From positions 11,084,397 through 11,148,396 of the forward strand of contig MU055864.1 in NCBI GenBank assembly GCA_013239625.1: a DNA stretch of 64,000 bases, given 5' to 3'. Below are positions 35,607 through 48,400 of this stretch, one piece after another. The position numbers and the translations under genes are program-made. Position 1 is the stretch's first letter, and each line of letters opens with the position of its first letter. This stretch comes from Lama guanicoe (lineage: Eukaryota). Under the pieces are notes generated by a model. That model was not told where the DNA came from and made no database searches. It saw nothing but the letters and a program-made list of their open reading frames with translations.

Positions 35607-36299
35607 GTGAGTGAGAGACACACACAGAGGCTGAGGACAGGAGAGTCGAAAACTGAACGTGCTGTCGCCGCATGTGCTGATGTGAGCAGCGCTCGGCAGA
35701 GCTGTGATTTTACAGGCGAGCTGATCAGCCAAGCACTTGTCGCCTCCACGGCCGCTCATCGGCCGGCCGGGTGTGAGCGCGCCGTCGAGTTGACAGCTGT
35801 CTGTTGTCAGAGGCCATCTTTCCTCCTTTTCACTTTGACTCGGCGCAGCGCAGACAGCTGCAGAGCGCTCTGCAGCTCTGACAGGGGCGCCCTGCCTGCC
35901 AGCCCTCAGTCTCAGAAAGCAGCGTCACTGAAGGGCTCAGAAGAGAGTATTAGCCCATTGGCCATCTTGGTTTGGGGTCTTTTGGCCGAAAAAGAAGTCT
36001 CAGGCCATCTACAGTGGAGAAAGACATCAATCTCAATGAACTGGGCTAGTCTAGTGTAAAATGTCTTGGGAGTGATTGGCCATGGGGTTTCAGTTGATCT
36101 GAGTTTATGGAACAGGATGAAAAAATTCATTATCAGGGTAAACCCAGAGTTTTGTGGTGGCGTTAGACAGAAGCTGGAGTGTATCTAAATCCTGGATCAC
36201 AGCAGACGTGTCTTCTTTGAAGGTCATAATGGGACGTTTGGCTTGTGTGGCAACCGGAATGCTTGGGGCACGTGCGGTTTGGAATGAGGTGATGCTCGC

Positions 36300-36362
36300 T
36301 CTTTCTTTGCTTCTTTCCTTCCTCCCTCCCTCCCTTCCTTCCTTCCTTTCTCTCTTTCCTTC
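36300..36362. repeat. (CCTT/CCCT)n pyrimidine repeat
   Basis: Direct read. Confidence 0.85.
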
Positions 36363-38159
36363 CCAGCCAAACCTGACACTGCCCTGTTTGGGGCAGATTC
36401 CAGAATCTCCTGGAAATGACAGCTTAGATCTACAATTCATGGGATGTAGCTAACCCTACAGAAATACAGACCGCCTCTCTTGGACATTTCCTATAAAACT
36501 TAGAAATATCAAGATGTTTTTTTGTGTGTGTGTGATGGGGAAAGCGTTTAAATTCTTACACACATTACAGCAAGAGAGTTAGACTGTTTAATTCTTTGTC
36601 TCATTGCAGTGTCTTCTGATGAAGCTGTATTTATTTGAGCATCTATTAGGGGGTGATACAACATGTACACATTGCAGGGCTTGGACTGAGTCACACGGAG
36701 AATGCTTTTGACATTTAGAAATGATTTAGTGGTATCTTAAGATTAACAAGAGAAAAATATTTCATTGTGTTCATTAAAAATTTTATTTAGAAAGGGAGGG
36801 TGTGTGGAAAATTGAATACACTGCTCTTAGACGCTTCCTTTGCTTTACAAAGTTCTCCTCATTCATTATGTGCAACTTAACGAACCTTTGTCACTGAACC
36901 TGAGTGAGAAGGAAGATCGGAGAAACCTGATGAGTAATTTGTGTCAGAGTCCTGTACCTGAATGCTATATATGTGTGGTCCCATCTGAAGGATGGGAGTA
37001 GAGAAATGGAACATCATCAAATTAGTGGGAGGAAATTCAGGCAAGTGGACAAGAAAGACTCCTCTTCCAGGTTGTCCTTTATAGACCAAGATAGGAATGA
37101 CTGAGCAGAATATTTAGAATTCAGCAGCTCATAGACTGGAGGTCCGATAACGATTCTTCCCCTGCCTGCATCATTTTCCAAGACTCAGTTTCTACCTCTT
37201 GAAAATGAAGGCTTTTTAGCCCCTTTCTGGCTCCCGTGTCTGTGACCATCAGACTAGGGAATGGGAATGGAGAACGCACACTGGTGGCCGTTAGACATTT
37301 CAGACATGTTTGACACGTTCCCTAAACAGCACGTAGAAAGCAGCAACTCTTCACCTTGAAAAGAGTGAGAAACATAGACAGTGTTCAGGGGATATCTTCT
37401 TAGCCTCCATTAACTGTTTTCTTCCTGATTCTGTTTAGTATAAATGATAAATGATTTCCCTTAAAAAATACGATGCGGGTCGAGAGAGGGGGTCGAGCCA
37501 AATGGGACTCATGACCCACTTGCATCGTTATGGTTCCTCTTGGAAGGTGGATTTGTCCCAGATGCTGGGAGGCCTGGGTCAAAGCCTTATGGTGCAACAT
37601 TCAATTGCTTCTAAGGCACTTGCTTCAAATTGTAACATCTCAGAAATGTATGCTATGCCAATTTAATTTGCAAATTTTTTTTCCTTTCTTGGTGGTAAAT
37701 AGATAATGATGTGTCACTTCCAATGGCATTTGATGAAATACAATTCGAAGAGAAAGAAACAAGTTTTTCACTTAAAAAAGGCTTAGTGACTTCTTTACTT
37801 CATTGCTGACTAAAGCTGTGAACGTCCTTTTCCATCACTCTGAAGAACCCGAATCACCTTAGAAAGGCAGTTCATGGACAAAGTTTGCCCTCCCAGAACT
37901 GCTCCCTTAATGCATGTTTGAGGAAAGAGGAAATACAGGGTAACATATAGCTAAAACTCACAGCAGCTTCCTTGGCTTTTATCACATTTTTTTTTTTTCC
38001 AGAATGACTCCGGTTATACCGAGTCAGAAATGCCATACATCTTTGCTTCAAAGGAAGGTCAAGGGTCTTTGTCCACTTCCAAGCTGGAGCTATTCTCACG
38101 CAGTCCAGTATCAATCAAAGTTGTCAGTAAATCACCTAGACTTTTTTATGCACATACTT

Positions 38160-38290
38160 TTATTAGAGTTTGCTGATACTTTAGAGATAGTCTAGTCCAA
38201 CTCCTCATTTCACTAATGAGTAAATGAAGGTGAATACACTTGTCTGAAGTTTCGTCAGACAGAACCTGGGTAGCTCGGTGCTCATTTTTG
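38160..38290 (-). mobile_element. MIR/MIR3 SINE
   Basis: ttagagatagtctagtccaactcctcatttcactaatgagtaaa. Confidence 0.55.
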
Positions 38291-39265
38291 GCATTTTTGT
38301 CACCAAGCTCGCTGCAGTGTAAGGAAAATGGGGTTGACGGTAAGACGAGTATTCTGTCCATCTTTTGCGTGTGTTTTTGAGTGTTACACTTGTATTTGTC
38401 TGCATGAGTGAGGTTGGATTCCTTTGGTTTGAATCTCTGGACGCTACCCTTGTTTTTCTGCCTGCTGCACATTTGAATTCGTATGTGACCTTAACAGGGG
38501 ACAGAAACCAAACTTGTCACATACAGTTTAATACAGACCACAGTTTATGGGGGACATTTCTTAGGGAACTCTCGGATGGTCGAGAATGCTGAAGCAGTTT
38601 CCAGGCTGCAAGTTTAGCAGAAAACCCATCAGGTGCAGCTGAAATTACCGTGACGTGTGGCGCCGTGTCCTGGTCTTGTTATTTCTCCAAACCTGGGTGT
38701 TCTCGCTTTTAAAATGCGAATCTGGATTTAGTTTTCCCTTAAAACAAAACAAAACAAAACCTTTAAGGCCTTTAAATGTGAACACAATTGGAACACATTG
38801 CATGTTAATATTATGCGTATTCATGTATTAAATATTGATGTAAATAACATTTTTAAATTTAATAATGATTTCCCAAGACGATTCACCCTATTTGCTTTGA
38901 AACTGATGGGATGAGAAAGTTGAATCTTAATTATTTACTTTTAGCCAATTAACAGTGTGATATTTTAAAACATATATTTTGTTTCAAATCCCTTGTTGAA
39001 AGAGATGTCAAAAGTAATACAAGGCTAACAATTTTAATTTTTTTTTAAATTCTTCCACATTTTTTATTTTTTCCAGCTTTATCGATGTATACTTGACAAA
39101 TTGTATCTATTTAAAACGTACAGCATGATGATTGAATATACATATACATTGTGAAATATTTGTCACACTCAAGTCAATTAACACAACCATCATTTCACAT
39201 AGTTGCCTTTTTGTGGTGACAGTGCTTCGGATCTACTCTTAGCAAATTTCAGGTGTACAGTATGG

Positions 39266-39466
39266 TTTTTTTTTTCAATTGATGTATAGTTAGTTTACAG
39301 TGTGTCCGTTTCTGGTGTACAGCACAACAGTTTGGTCATACATATACACACACATATTCTTTTTCATTATAGGTTACTACAAGATACTGAATATAGTTCC
39401 CTGTGCTGTACAGTAGAAACTTGCTGTTTGTCTGTTTTATATATAGTAGTTCGTATCTGCAAATCT
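39266..39466 (-). mobile_element. Younger cetartiodactyl-type L1 3' fragment nested in the older L1
   Basis: polyT + caattgatgtatagttagtttacag...tatagttccctgtgctgtacagtag interrupts the older 3' UTR. Confidence 0.75.
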
Positions 39467-40095
39467 AACTATAGTTACCATACTGTACTTTAGATTCTCA
39501 GAACTTAGTTATAACTGAAAGTGTGTACCCTTTGAGCCACATTTCCTGATTTTGCCTGTGCCCCTAGACCATCAATAACTACTATTCTTTGTTTCTATGA
39601 GTTCAGCATTTTTTTTTCAATTTTGTATGTGTGTGGTACCATACACTGTTTGTCTTTCTTTGTCTGGCTTATTTCACTTAGCATAATAGGCTTCTAGATT
39701 CATCCATGTTGTCACAAATGGCAGGATTTCCTTTTTCATGGCCGAGTAATATTTTGTTGTAGATACATGCCACATTTTCTTTATTCATTCATCTGTTGAT
39801 GAACACTTAGGTTGCTTTGGCTATTGTAAACAATGCTGCTGTGCACATGGTAGTACAGATATCTTTGAGATTCTGATTCTGTTTCCTTTGAANNNNNNNN
39901 NNNNNNNNNNNNNNNNNNNNNNNNNNNNNNNNNNNNNNNNNNNNNNNNNNNNNNNNNNNNNNNNNNNNNNNNNNNNNNNNNNNNNNNNNNNNNNNNNNNN
40001 NNNNNNNNNNNNNNNNNNNNNNNNNNNNNNNNNNNNNNNNNNNNNNNNNNNNNNNNNNNNNNNNNNNNNNNNNNNNNNNNNNNNNNNNNNNNNNN

Positions 40096-40209
40096 TTAGG
40101 TGTGTTTATTTATTTAATTTTTTTTAAATGGAGGTACTGAGGATTGAACCCAGGACCCTGTGAATGCTAGGCACTGACTCTACCACTGAGCTATACCTCC
40201 CCCCTCTCC
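40096..40209 (-). mobile_element. vic-1-type SINE inserted in an L1 (tail runs into the N-gap)
   Basis: gaggtactgaggattgaacccaggacc...ccactgagctatacc; L1 sequence resumes after 40209. Confidence 0.88.
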
Positions 40210-41259
40210 TAGCTGCTTGACAATAGCCATCCTCACAGGTGGGAGGTGATATTTCATTGTGATTTTGATTTGCATTTCTCTGATGATTACTGATGTTAAG
40301 TACCTTTTCATGTACCTGTTGACCATTTGTGTGTCTTCTCTAGAAAAATATCTATTCAGGTGCTCTGCCCATTTTTTAATTAGATTGTTTTCCTGCTGTT
40401 TGACCTGTATGAGTTCTTTATATATTTCAGTTATTAACGCCTTATCAGATACACGGTTTGCAAATATTTTCTCCCATTTCATAGGCTGCCTTTTCATTTT
40501 GTTGATGCTTTCCTTTGCTATGAAGGATGTTTTTAGTTTGATGCTGTTCCACATTTTAGCTTTTGTTGCCTGTGATTTTGGTACGTCAAAAAAAAAATCA
40601 CTGCTAAGACCAATGTCGAGGCGCTTTTCCTTTGTGTTTCTAGGAGTCTTACGGTTTCGTATCTTACTTTAAGTGTTTGATCTATTTCAGTTTGACTTTT
40701 GTGAGTGTTGAAGGAAGGGGTCCGGTTTTGTTCTTTTGAAGGGGGAAGTCTAGCTTCCCTAGCACCACTTATTGGAGAGATGATCCTTTCTCCATTATGG
40801 GTTCTTGGCACCCTTGTCAACAGATTGGTTGACTGATTACGTGTGGATTTATTTCTGGGCTCTTGATTCTATTTCATTGCTCCACGTGTCTGTTTTAATG
40901 CCGGCACCACGCTGTTATGATTACTTTACCTTGAGTAAAACATTTTGAAATCAGGAAATGTGATACCTCTAGCTTTGTTCCTCTTTTTCCAGATTGCTTT
41001 GGTGATTAAGAACTTTTTATGGTTCCATACAAATTTTAGAATAAATGCTAATTAGATTTTAATATTGATAAATGGGGGTAAGATGATTAAAAATCATCCT
41101 GGAGCTCACACAGAAAACCAGGATTAATGCTCAGATGAGTAGCTCCATACTGTTAAAATTTTCCCACGTAGCTCCTTCGTTTACTTCGTCTTTAAGAGCT
41201 GCAGCTGACTTACAAGCATCATGTGAAGGAGAGCTAGTAGTTACGTATTCAGAAAATCT

Positions 41260-41365
41260 GTCGGTTGGCTGTTAAGCCCTTGAGAGCTTGAAATCAACCA
41301 CAGTGGGAGCATTTACACCATGGAAATGCGCCTCCAGCCCACGGCGGTACATCCGCACACCACTG
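41260..41365. mobile_element. MER63-like hAT fragment
   Basis: gtgggagcatttacaccatggaaat...cacaccactg. Confidence 0.55.
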
Positions 41366-42439
41366 CAAGAATAAAGGACTGATGTCTGTTCTACACCCGA
41401 CCTATTTCTATTACTGTTATTATTAACTCTAGTTTTTAAATGCTAGGTTTTAGCTTTCTGGAGTAAATGGACCACGCAGCTGAGTAAATTAAATACTCCA
41501 CAAAGAAAACTGAACTGGTCCCTGCTCTTGGGGAAATGGCTCTGCGCTCGAGGGCTGGTCCCTTACCCTCCCTCCTTGTCCTGGTGAACTCCCTGCCTTT
41601 CCTCAGGGAGGTTTTCTGACGTGTCCTCTGCTTCCCAGGGACACACTCCCTGCCTGCGTGCTCCTGGAGCTCCGATTGCCTCCTCCATCCCTGCTTCCCG
41701 CTGAGGCGTAGCGATTGTCCAGGAGTTTGGCTTTCCCTCCACGCTGCAGAGCCCTGAACCGGCTCTTTCTTACTTGTTTGTGCAGATGCGCTGTCTGATG
41801 TACAGCCTGGTGAAGAAACTTGCTGAAGTCATGCAGTGTTCTGCATTGTTTATCGTGTGGACTTGGATGTTTTGCCTCCTTTTCGGCTTTCCTCTTCTCA
41901 CCTGCCTTCCCCTCCACCACTCACCCCTGCACCCCTCCCTAGGATGCTAGCTCTTAAGAAAAAGAGGTAAAAAGCCCTCACACTTTTGTTTTGACATAAG
42001 TAACTTCCTGGTAAATTTAGTCAGAACTAGACTAAATCTGTTGTTTGGAAGAGGGAGTATCCTCTAATAACTAGAAATGAGGTCGATTGGAAATTGTTAC
42101 ACAGTTGAGAAATTTGACATCTTTTTGTGAACAGCAAGTCGAGATCATTTTAGTGCTAGGCGAGTTGTGTAAGAGACAGCTTGTTGTAAGTCTTCACTCA
42201 GAGGAACTTCTGTGGTTCTCAAACTAGCCTTTCTTTGAACGTCGTCTCTCTGAAACATTCTTTCTTTGTGTTGACCTGTACTTACTTATGCACCACCCTT
42301 GGGTGGGTAACTAAGACTTACTTAAACCTTCCTAGCTGAAAGAGTTTTCCAGAGTGGGTAATAAACATTCTAGTTTTCTGGGTGTCATCTATAAGGGCAG
42401 AGGGGACATTTGACGTGTAGTAGATATTCCGGTTGGATT

Positions 42440-42705
42440 GGTCTCCACTACTTGGACATCCCTGCCATGCTCAAGGGTACAAGGGTGTGGCCCTTAAACC
42501 AATCTTTCCAGCCCTATTAGCCAAATATCTTATCTGTGGGTAAGTTATTTAAACTTGCTATACCTCAGTCTCCTCCCTGTCTGTGAGATAGCATTAACAT
42601 TAGCACTTTCTTCCTAGGATTTTATGAGGATTGAATAATTTAATGTATATCAGACACTTAGACGAGCCTGGCTCATGGAATGCACTAATAAATGCTGGCT
42701 ATTAC
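42440..42705 (+). mobile_element. MIR SINE
   Basis: gggtaagttatttaa...cctcagtctcc...tgaggattgaa...gcctggctcatgg...aataaatg. Confidence 0.75.
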
Positions 42706-44759
42706 AAGGATAAAACTGAAAATTATTAGTCAAGCTATAACTTACCATTTACTTTTGGTAGAGAAGAGTGAATGGTATCTTTGAATGGGTCATTGTTTCT
42801 AAAAACCTATGGGTCAAGTATTCTTTGTGAAACTTTGTATTTTGGTCTGACTCGTAACTTTGGTAACATTAATTACTCTCTGAAGCTTCCTGCTGAGAAG
42901 GTCGACATTCTTTCTCTCTCTCTCTTTTTAAATTCCAAAACCTCATTTCATATCAAAAGAACACAACATAGTAAAATTAATAAAAATTTAGATGGTTTTA
43001 TTTCTAGTCTATAAAGTTAAAAAAAAAAAGAAGGAAAGAAAGAAAAATAATCTTTCTAGAGGTGCACAGTGGCTAATGGTGGCCAGGATTTGGCTCTCTG
43101 CCCTCTGGATGTGATGTGTCTTATTCCACAAAATAACACCAAGTTCAATACAGTACGGAGCTTCCCTTGATTACGGATGATAGCAGTGTTACTTGAATTA
43201 TTTCTGCAGATGTTCAGTGCCCCAGGTAAAATGCCGCCTTCCTCTTAAAAGGGTGGTAGCTGTGGAAGACACATTGTTGAGTCCCACTCATTGGACAGTG
43301 GTAGCATGTGGGTGTTTAAAGTCCTTCCGGAAAGAGCCAGGTTGGCATGAGCAAAGCCTCCAGGACCACAGCGGCCTCTCTGACAGCGTCACGGGCTGTA
43401 CTCCGGTGGCTGTTTGTTTCCGTTAAATGTAATCATAACTATTTGAAGTATCATTTATTCCCATTTGTGCTTGACTCTACTTCATATTTTTCTTGATAAG
43501 AGTAGGATTGAGTGATGCATCTTACTCCCTGTTCCAAGAAAAATGTGCCCATCAGTTAGAGGGAGGACTTACGGATCACCCCCCGGAGGGGCTTGGGTGC
43601 TAGTTACCATATCGCAGAGTAAAGGGGGACTGGGGTGGAGGGTGTGTGTGATGGTACCGTGTTCTTACTGTGAGTTGCCATTTCCCCAGTTTGGGGCCAT
43701 CTGTTCTCAAACAGAGAAGGTGCTTATTCGTTTTACCTCCCACTGAGCACCTCTTTCTACATTTTGATAACATCGAGCTCATCCAGTGGAGCAGAGGCTT
43801 TGGATCAGTCGTAACATGTTGGTGTAGAATTGCTTAATTGGAAAATCCGGATGGTAAGATGAGATCTGAGGACTGGCTGGTAGGCAGTTACTACCTGAAT
43901 GTGAGAGGCTCTCCGTTTTGTAGTTTACTGACACCCAGAGTTCAGCCTTTGCTGTGCCTTCCTTGCTGAGCCGCATTCATAAAAGGGCAGAGGGAGCAAG
44001 TCCTTGCTAGAATTCTCACAGGAAAGCTAAACTCTTAAAATCAATGGTTTCCCTAGCACCTACTTAAAAAAAAAAAAAGGCTTGATTGAGTATTTTGATG
44101 TGAAACCTCCCATGGTGTGTTTCAGGTTAAATGTCTGGGGTACATGGAGGGTAGTTTCCCCACAGGCATCAAAGATATGTCCACACTGTTAACTGGACGG
44201 GCTGGCGATAAAAACGGGTGACCTGGCACACCAAGTGAAGTCGGGAGAGAGCGATGGGAGGTGATAACGGGCAAGTGGAAGAGAAGGCACTTCAACCCAG
44301 AGAGCCTTGTGGAAAGGCTCAGTGCTGAGTGAATGATCATTGAGAAATGGCATCTCTTCTTTGGATACTTGGGTTTGGGCAGGAAACAGAGAAAAGTGAC
44401 TGGCTTGGTGCTGCAAAGAGTTTGGGGAGAAGTCAGACTCTGGACTCTAAGACCGCATCTGCTCTAAACAACATCTTAGTCTGGTTGCAGCATCCCAGCA
44501 GGCATGCCTTCTTGCAAAATGCACTGTGAAAAAATGCCCAGCACTTTCTTCCCCTTACTTGCATGTCTTTAAAAAACATTATAAAGGTAACACGTGAGTG
44601 CAGTTGTAACAATTCAGACACAAGCACACTGAGTAAAATATAAAAGAGATTGCATTGCATTTATAGATTAATTTGGAGCAAATTGCCTCTGTTATAATAT
44701 AGGGACTCATTATTTAGAAAATTTCCCTCCCTCCTCATTTTTGAAGATTTTACTTGTGT

Positions 44760-47560
44760 GGCTTCAGCAGAGTTTAATACTTTTTAGAAGTGTTCTTGTT
44801 ATTTTATTCTTAGGTGTTTTTTAGAAGAGGATTTTTTTTTTCTGTTACGACTTTTAATTGGTTAGCTTTAATTGTATAGGAACAGTGTCTTTTTTTAGAT
44901 GTCGACCTTATAACCCATAACATTACAGAACTTTTTGACCAGCCTCTGATAGTTTTTTTGTTTGTTTGCTTTTGTTTTGTTTTGTTTTAGCTGATGAAGA
45001 TTTTCTGGCAAGAAAGTCATTGACAAATAAGACACTGTTGTCTCTTAGACAGTTTATTTCTTTGATGCTAGTACACTGGCAAAGACGTCCAGGAAATTGT
45101 TAAAAGAATAATGGGATACAGTTAGCCTTGGCTTTTCTGACTTGAGCAGAGAAATTTCTAGTGCTCCATTGTTAGATAAATAGCCTTTTTATAGATTAAT
45201 AAAACTTTCTTATAATCCGTGCCTTCTTAAGATGAATATACGTGTGTGTGTTTGAACGAAAGCCATGCATGTATCATAGAATTTAAAACTTTGTTCTACT
45301 TAAAAAGAAATTCCTGAGATAAGCCCTGCTTTGCCAGTTTATATAAAATTATAAATAGAATATAAATGTATATGATACCTAAAATATATAAAATATAAAA
45401 TTTTATATAAGCTGGCAAAGCAGGGTTTAATATAAAATGGAAAAGGAGGTTTGTCCCAGAAATTTTGTGACTCGATTCCATGGGCCCCACGTCATCTGGG
45501 GATTTAGTGTGTTTCCTGTTCCACCTGGAGTGTAGCTTGTCATTTTCGTTCTTTTCCGTGTCACTCTGCCTAGTTGACACCTCACCTTTATGATGCTGAT
45601 GTAAAAGGCAGCGGGAAATTTTTCTACATCTTTCTGTACCTTAAAATAGCTTACGTAAAGCAGAGCTTTTTGACATCTGGGAGACACTGCCTGGTGCTGG
45701 TTTCTTTGGAAGTGAATTTCTGATTAACTTTCCAGTTTCTAATTCTCTGTATGTCACTTGGGATAATTTATATTTTCCTAGGAAACATTCATTTTCCAGA
45801 CTTCATCACTTATTGCATAAAATTATAGAGTTACATTACATTGAAAAATTCCTTATCCATAACTAAGATTTGTGTACAGATATAGTTTGTAATCTTGTTG
45901 ATTTGTGTTTTCTCTTTTTCTTTCTCTCTGTTGTTTTCTCTCTCAGACTTGCCAGAGGTTTGTCTTCTCTTTGGTCTTTTCGAAGAACCTTCTTTTGTTT
46001 TATTGATAATCTACATCCGTTTTACTTTTATTTCATAAGTATTTTAATACTTTAATAGTTAATTTTTTAAGTATTTTTCTAGCTTTTTATATTGTATGCC
46101 TAGTTCACTTAATTTTTATTTTTACATATATAATTTTAGGCCATAATTTTCCATTTGACTACTGCTTTAGCTGCATCCCATAGATTTTTTTTTAATATAC
46201 TACTGTTATTGTTGCTGTCTGTATTGTTTTAAAAGTCATTTAAAAATTACTGTTTAGCCTAATAGTTATTTAAAATACGTTAAAAATTTTCACTCTAATA
46301 CAGTGTTTTTCATGATGGTCATGTGACTATGGTTTTGTTTTTAATTTCTTACTTTATTATATTTTGGGAGGGGAAATGGCATGGATATTTCCTACTTGGG
46401 GGTGATTCAGTGAGATTTTCTTTGTGGCTTCATCTGCTATCAGGTTTTTTTTTTTTAACATTCTGTATGCATTAGAAAAGAATGAATATTCTTGGTTTTC
46501 TCTGTTTTCACATATTAAACAATGTCTTACTTATTTTCAGTTTACTTGCATTAGTTTCTCGGATTTGTTCTAGTCTACCACTTTGAGGATAGATTTGTCA
46601 GTTTCTCAGGTATTCATTTTTTAAAAACATGCCTCAAGTCTATGTCATAAGTAGACATTAGGGATTCAAAAATATTTAATATTTTTGGTAGGCTGGGGTT
46701 TCATCATTATGAAATATCCTTCTTTTTTCTTTTGATTAATTTTACCTTGGATTGGCTTTCAACTGATAGTCATGTTGTTCTGCATGCTTTTTTTTTGTAG
46801 ATATTATCTTGCATATATTCACTATCTTTTTAATTTTCGTATTCTATATCTGTTTCATTCTTGGTGGTCGGTTACACACAGCATTTAGCTTTGCATTTGT
46901 CTACCCTGATATGAGGAACATAATCTCTAAATAAGCATAACAAAAAAGATTACGTTTATAGTTAAGAAAATACATTGGCCTATTCTGGCCATGTTGATTT
47001 TTATATTTCTCAAGTTTTCTGGTTGAATTTCCATCCTTCTCTTGGTTTGATCACATTGCCTTTGTTTCCGTTTCTCTGCTCCAGTTCCCCGCTACTGATG
47101 TGAGAATTGCGTATCTTATTTTTTTACCTTGTAAAAATCACTCTTCATTTTCAACTCACAGATTTAAAATTATTTTCTATTCAAGTCTAGAGTTGGTTAT
47201 TATCTATATGTCTCCTAAACCAGGTAAGAAGAAATCTTAGCACATTTTTGATCCCCCAGTTTCTGCTTCTTCCCCTGTCCTTTACCTTGCAAGGTGAGAT
47301 CAGTGTGCTTCTTCTAGGCTTTTCTGTTTTTATTGCATCAGCAATTACTTAGACTCTACTCTTGGGCTTCCTTGCCACATCTTACTGTTTCTTGTGAACT
47401 GTACCATTTCTTTTTTGTTTGTATTTGTCATTTGCAGATTATACATCCTTCTGTAATTCTTTCAGAAGTGTGGGGGCATAAATTCCTGTATTTCCTATAT
47501 TGTCTTTATTTTGATCAGCTCTTGGAATAGATTTGGTGAGACACAGAGTTCAAGTTCTGA
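44760..47560 (-). mobile_element. Ancient degenerate L1/HAL1 body (bounds approximate)
   Basis: T-rich. Remnants such as ctggcaaagacgtccagg...gccttggcttttctgactt and actgctttagctgcatcccatagattt resemble antisense L1 ORF2. Confidence 0.6.
45324..45425. repeat. Inverted repeat, 27-bp arms (26/27 complementary), 48-nt AT-rich spacer
   Basis: ccctgctttgccagtttatataaaatt (45324-45350) vs aattttatataagctggcaaagcaggg (45399-45425). Confidence 0.9.
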
Positions 47561-47987
47561 AGCCATGTGCTCCCTTCCTCCAGCTCGTTTTTGCCCTGGC
47601 CTGCCTAGCAGCTCTAAGCACAGCACCGCAGTTAATCACTGATTGTTGACCGCCCTCCAGTTCCATTTATGTGTTGGCCCTGAGATCCAAGCACCCTGGA
47701 CTTAGCTCTGTTTCCTTGCAGTCTTCAGGCTTGGTTTATGATCCCCCCATCCCCACTATAGAGCCGATCCACTTACTTTTATCTTTCAAGAACAATTTAA
47801 AGTTTCTAGTCCATTGAAGGTACTCTTTTTATTTTCAGCACTATTGGTATGTGTGTGTCTTCCAAATCTACACATACACACAACACACTTACACATGTGT
47901 GCACATGGGCGTTGAAATGTAGGGTTGGAGGGACAGTATAAGCATGTGGTCGATCCGTCATCCCAATCCAACTTCTCTACATAGAAC

Positions 47988-48400
47988 TTTTTAAAAAATA
48001 TTATTGTGATATAAAATACATAACCTGAATTTTACCATCTTAACCATTTCTAATTATAGTTCAGTAGCATTAAGCATGTTTTACATTGTCAGGAACCAAT
48101 CTCCAGAACTTTTTCTTCNNNNNNNNNNNNNNNNNNNNNNNNNNNNNNNNNNNNNNNNNNNNNNNNNNNNNNNNNNNNNNNNNNNNNNNNNNNNNNNNNN
48201 NNNNNNNNNNNNNNNNNNNNNNNNNNNNNNNNNNNNNNNNNNNNNNNNNNNNAATCATGCTATATTTGTCTTATTTCATTTAGTGTAAAGTCCTCAAGAT
48301 TCACCCATGTTGTAGCCTGTGTCAGAATTCCCTGTTTAGGGCTGACTAATATTCTACTGAATGTAGATGCCATATCCATTGATGAACACCTGGGTTGCTG
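47988..48400 (-). mobile_element. L1 (L1MB-like) 3' UTR fragment, spans a gap
   Basis: tttaccatcttaaccattt...gttcagtagcattaag...aagattcacccatgttgtagcctgtgtcagaatt. Confidence 0.8.

Larger units (their letters stand above)
35150..35960. promoter_or_regulatory. CpG-rich internal promoter/enhancer
   Basis: Locally high CpG. GC-box/C-tract cluster 35195-35238, CTCF motif, E-boxes CAGCTG (35795, 35855), TGACAG motifs (35791, 35879). Confidence 0.6.
39060..41045 (-). mobile_element. L1 (L1MA-like) 3' UTR plus ORF2 C-terminal relic
   Basis: ORF-track peptide [37 protein letters not shown]...[21 protein letters not shown] (40180-40554) is degraded L1 ORF2. Typical L1 3' UTR at 39060-39890. Confidence 0.92.

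Noticed and set aside
35478-36059. 193-aa ORF
   Set aside because: Non-ATG start, GC-rich regulatory DNA, no recognisable protein, and it reads through a strong donor. Only the 35565-35606 part is kept as a hypothesis.
40180-40820. Protein-like ORFs on the minus strand
   Set aside because: Degraded L1 ORF2 fragments, not a gene.
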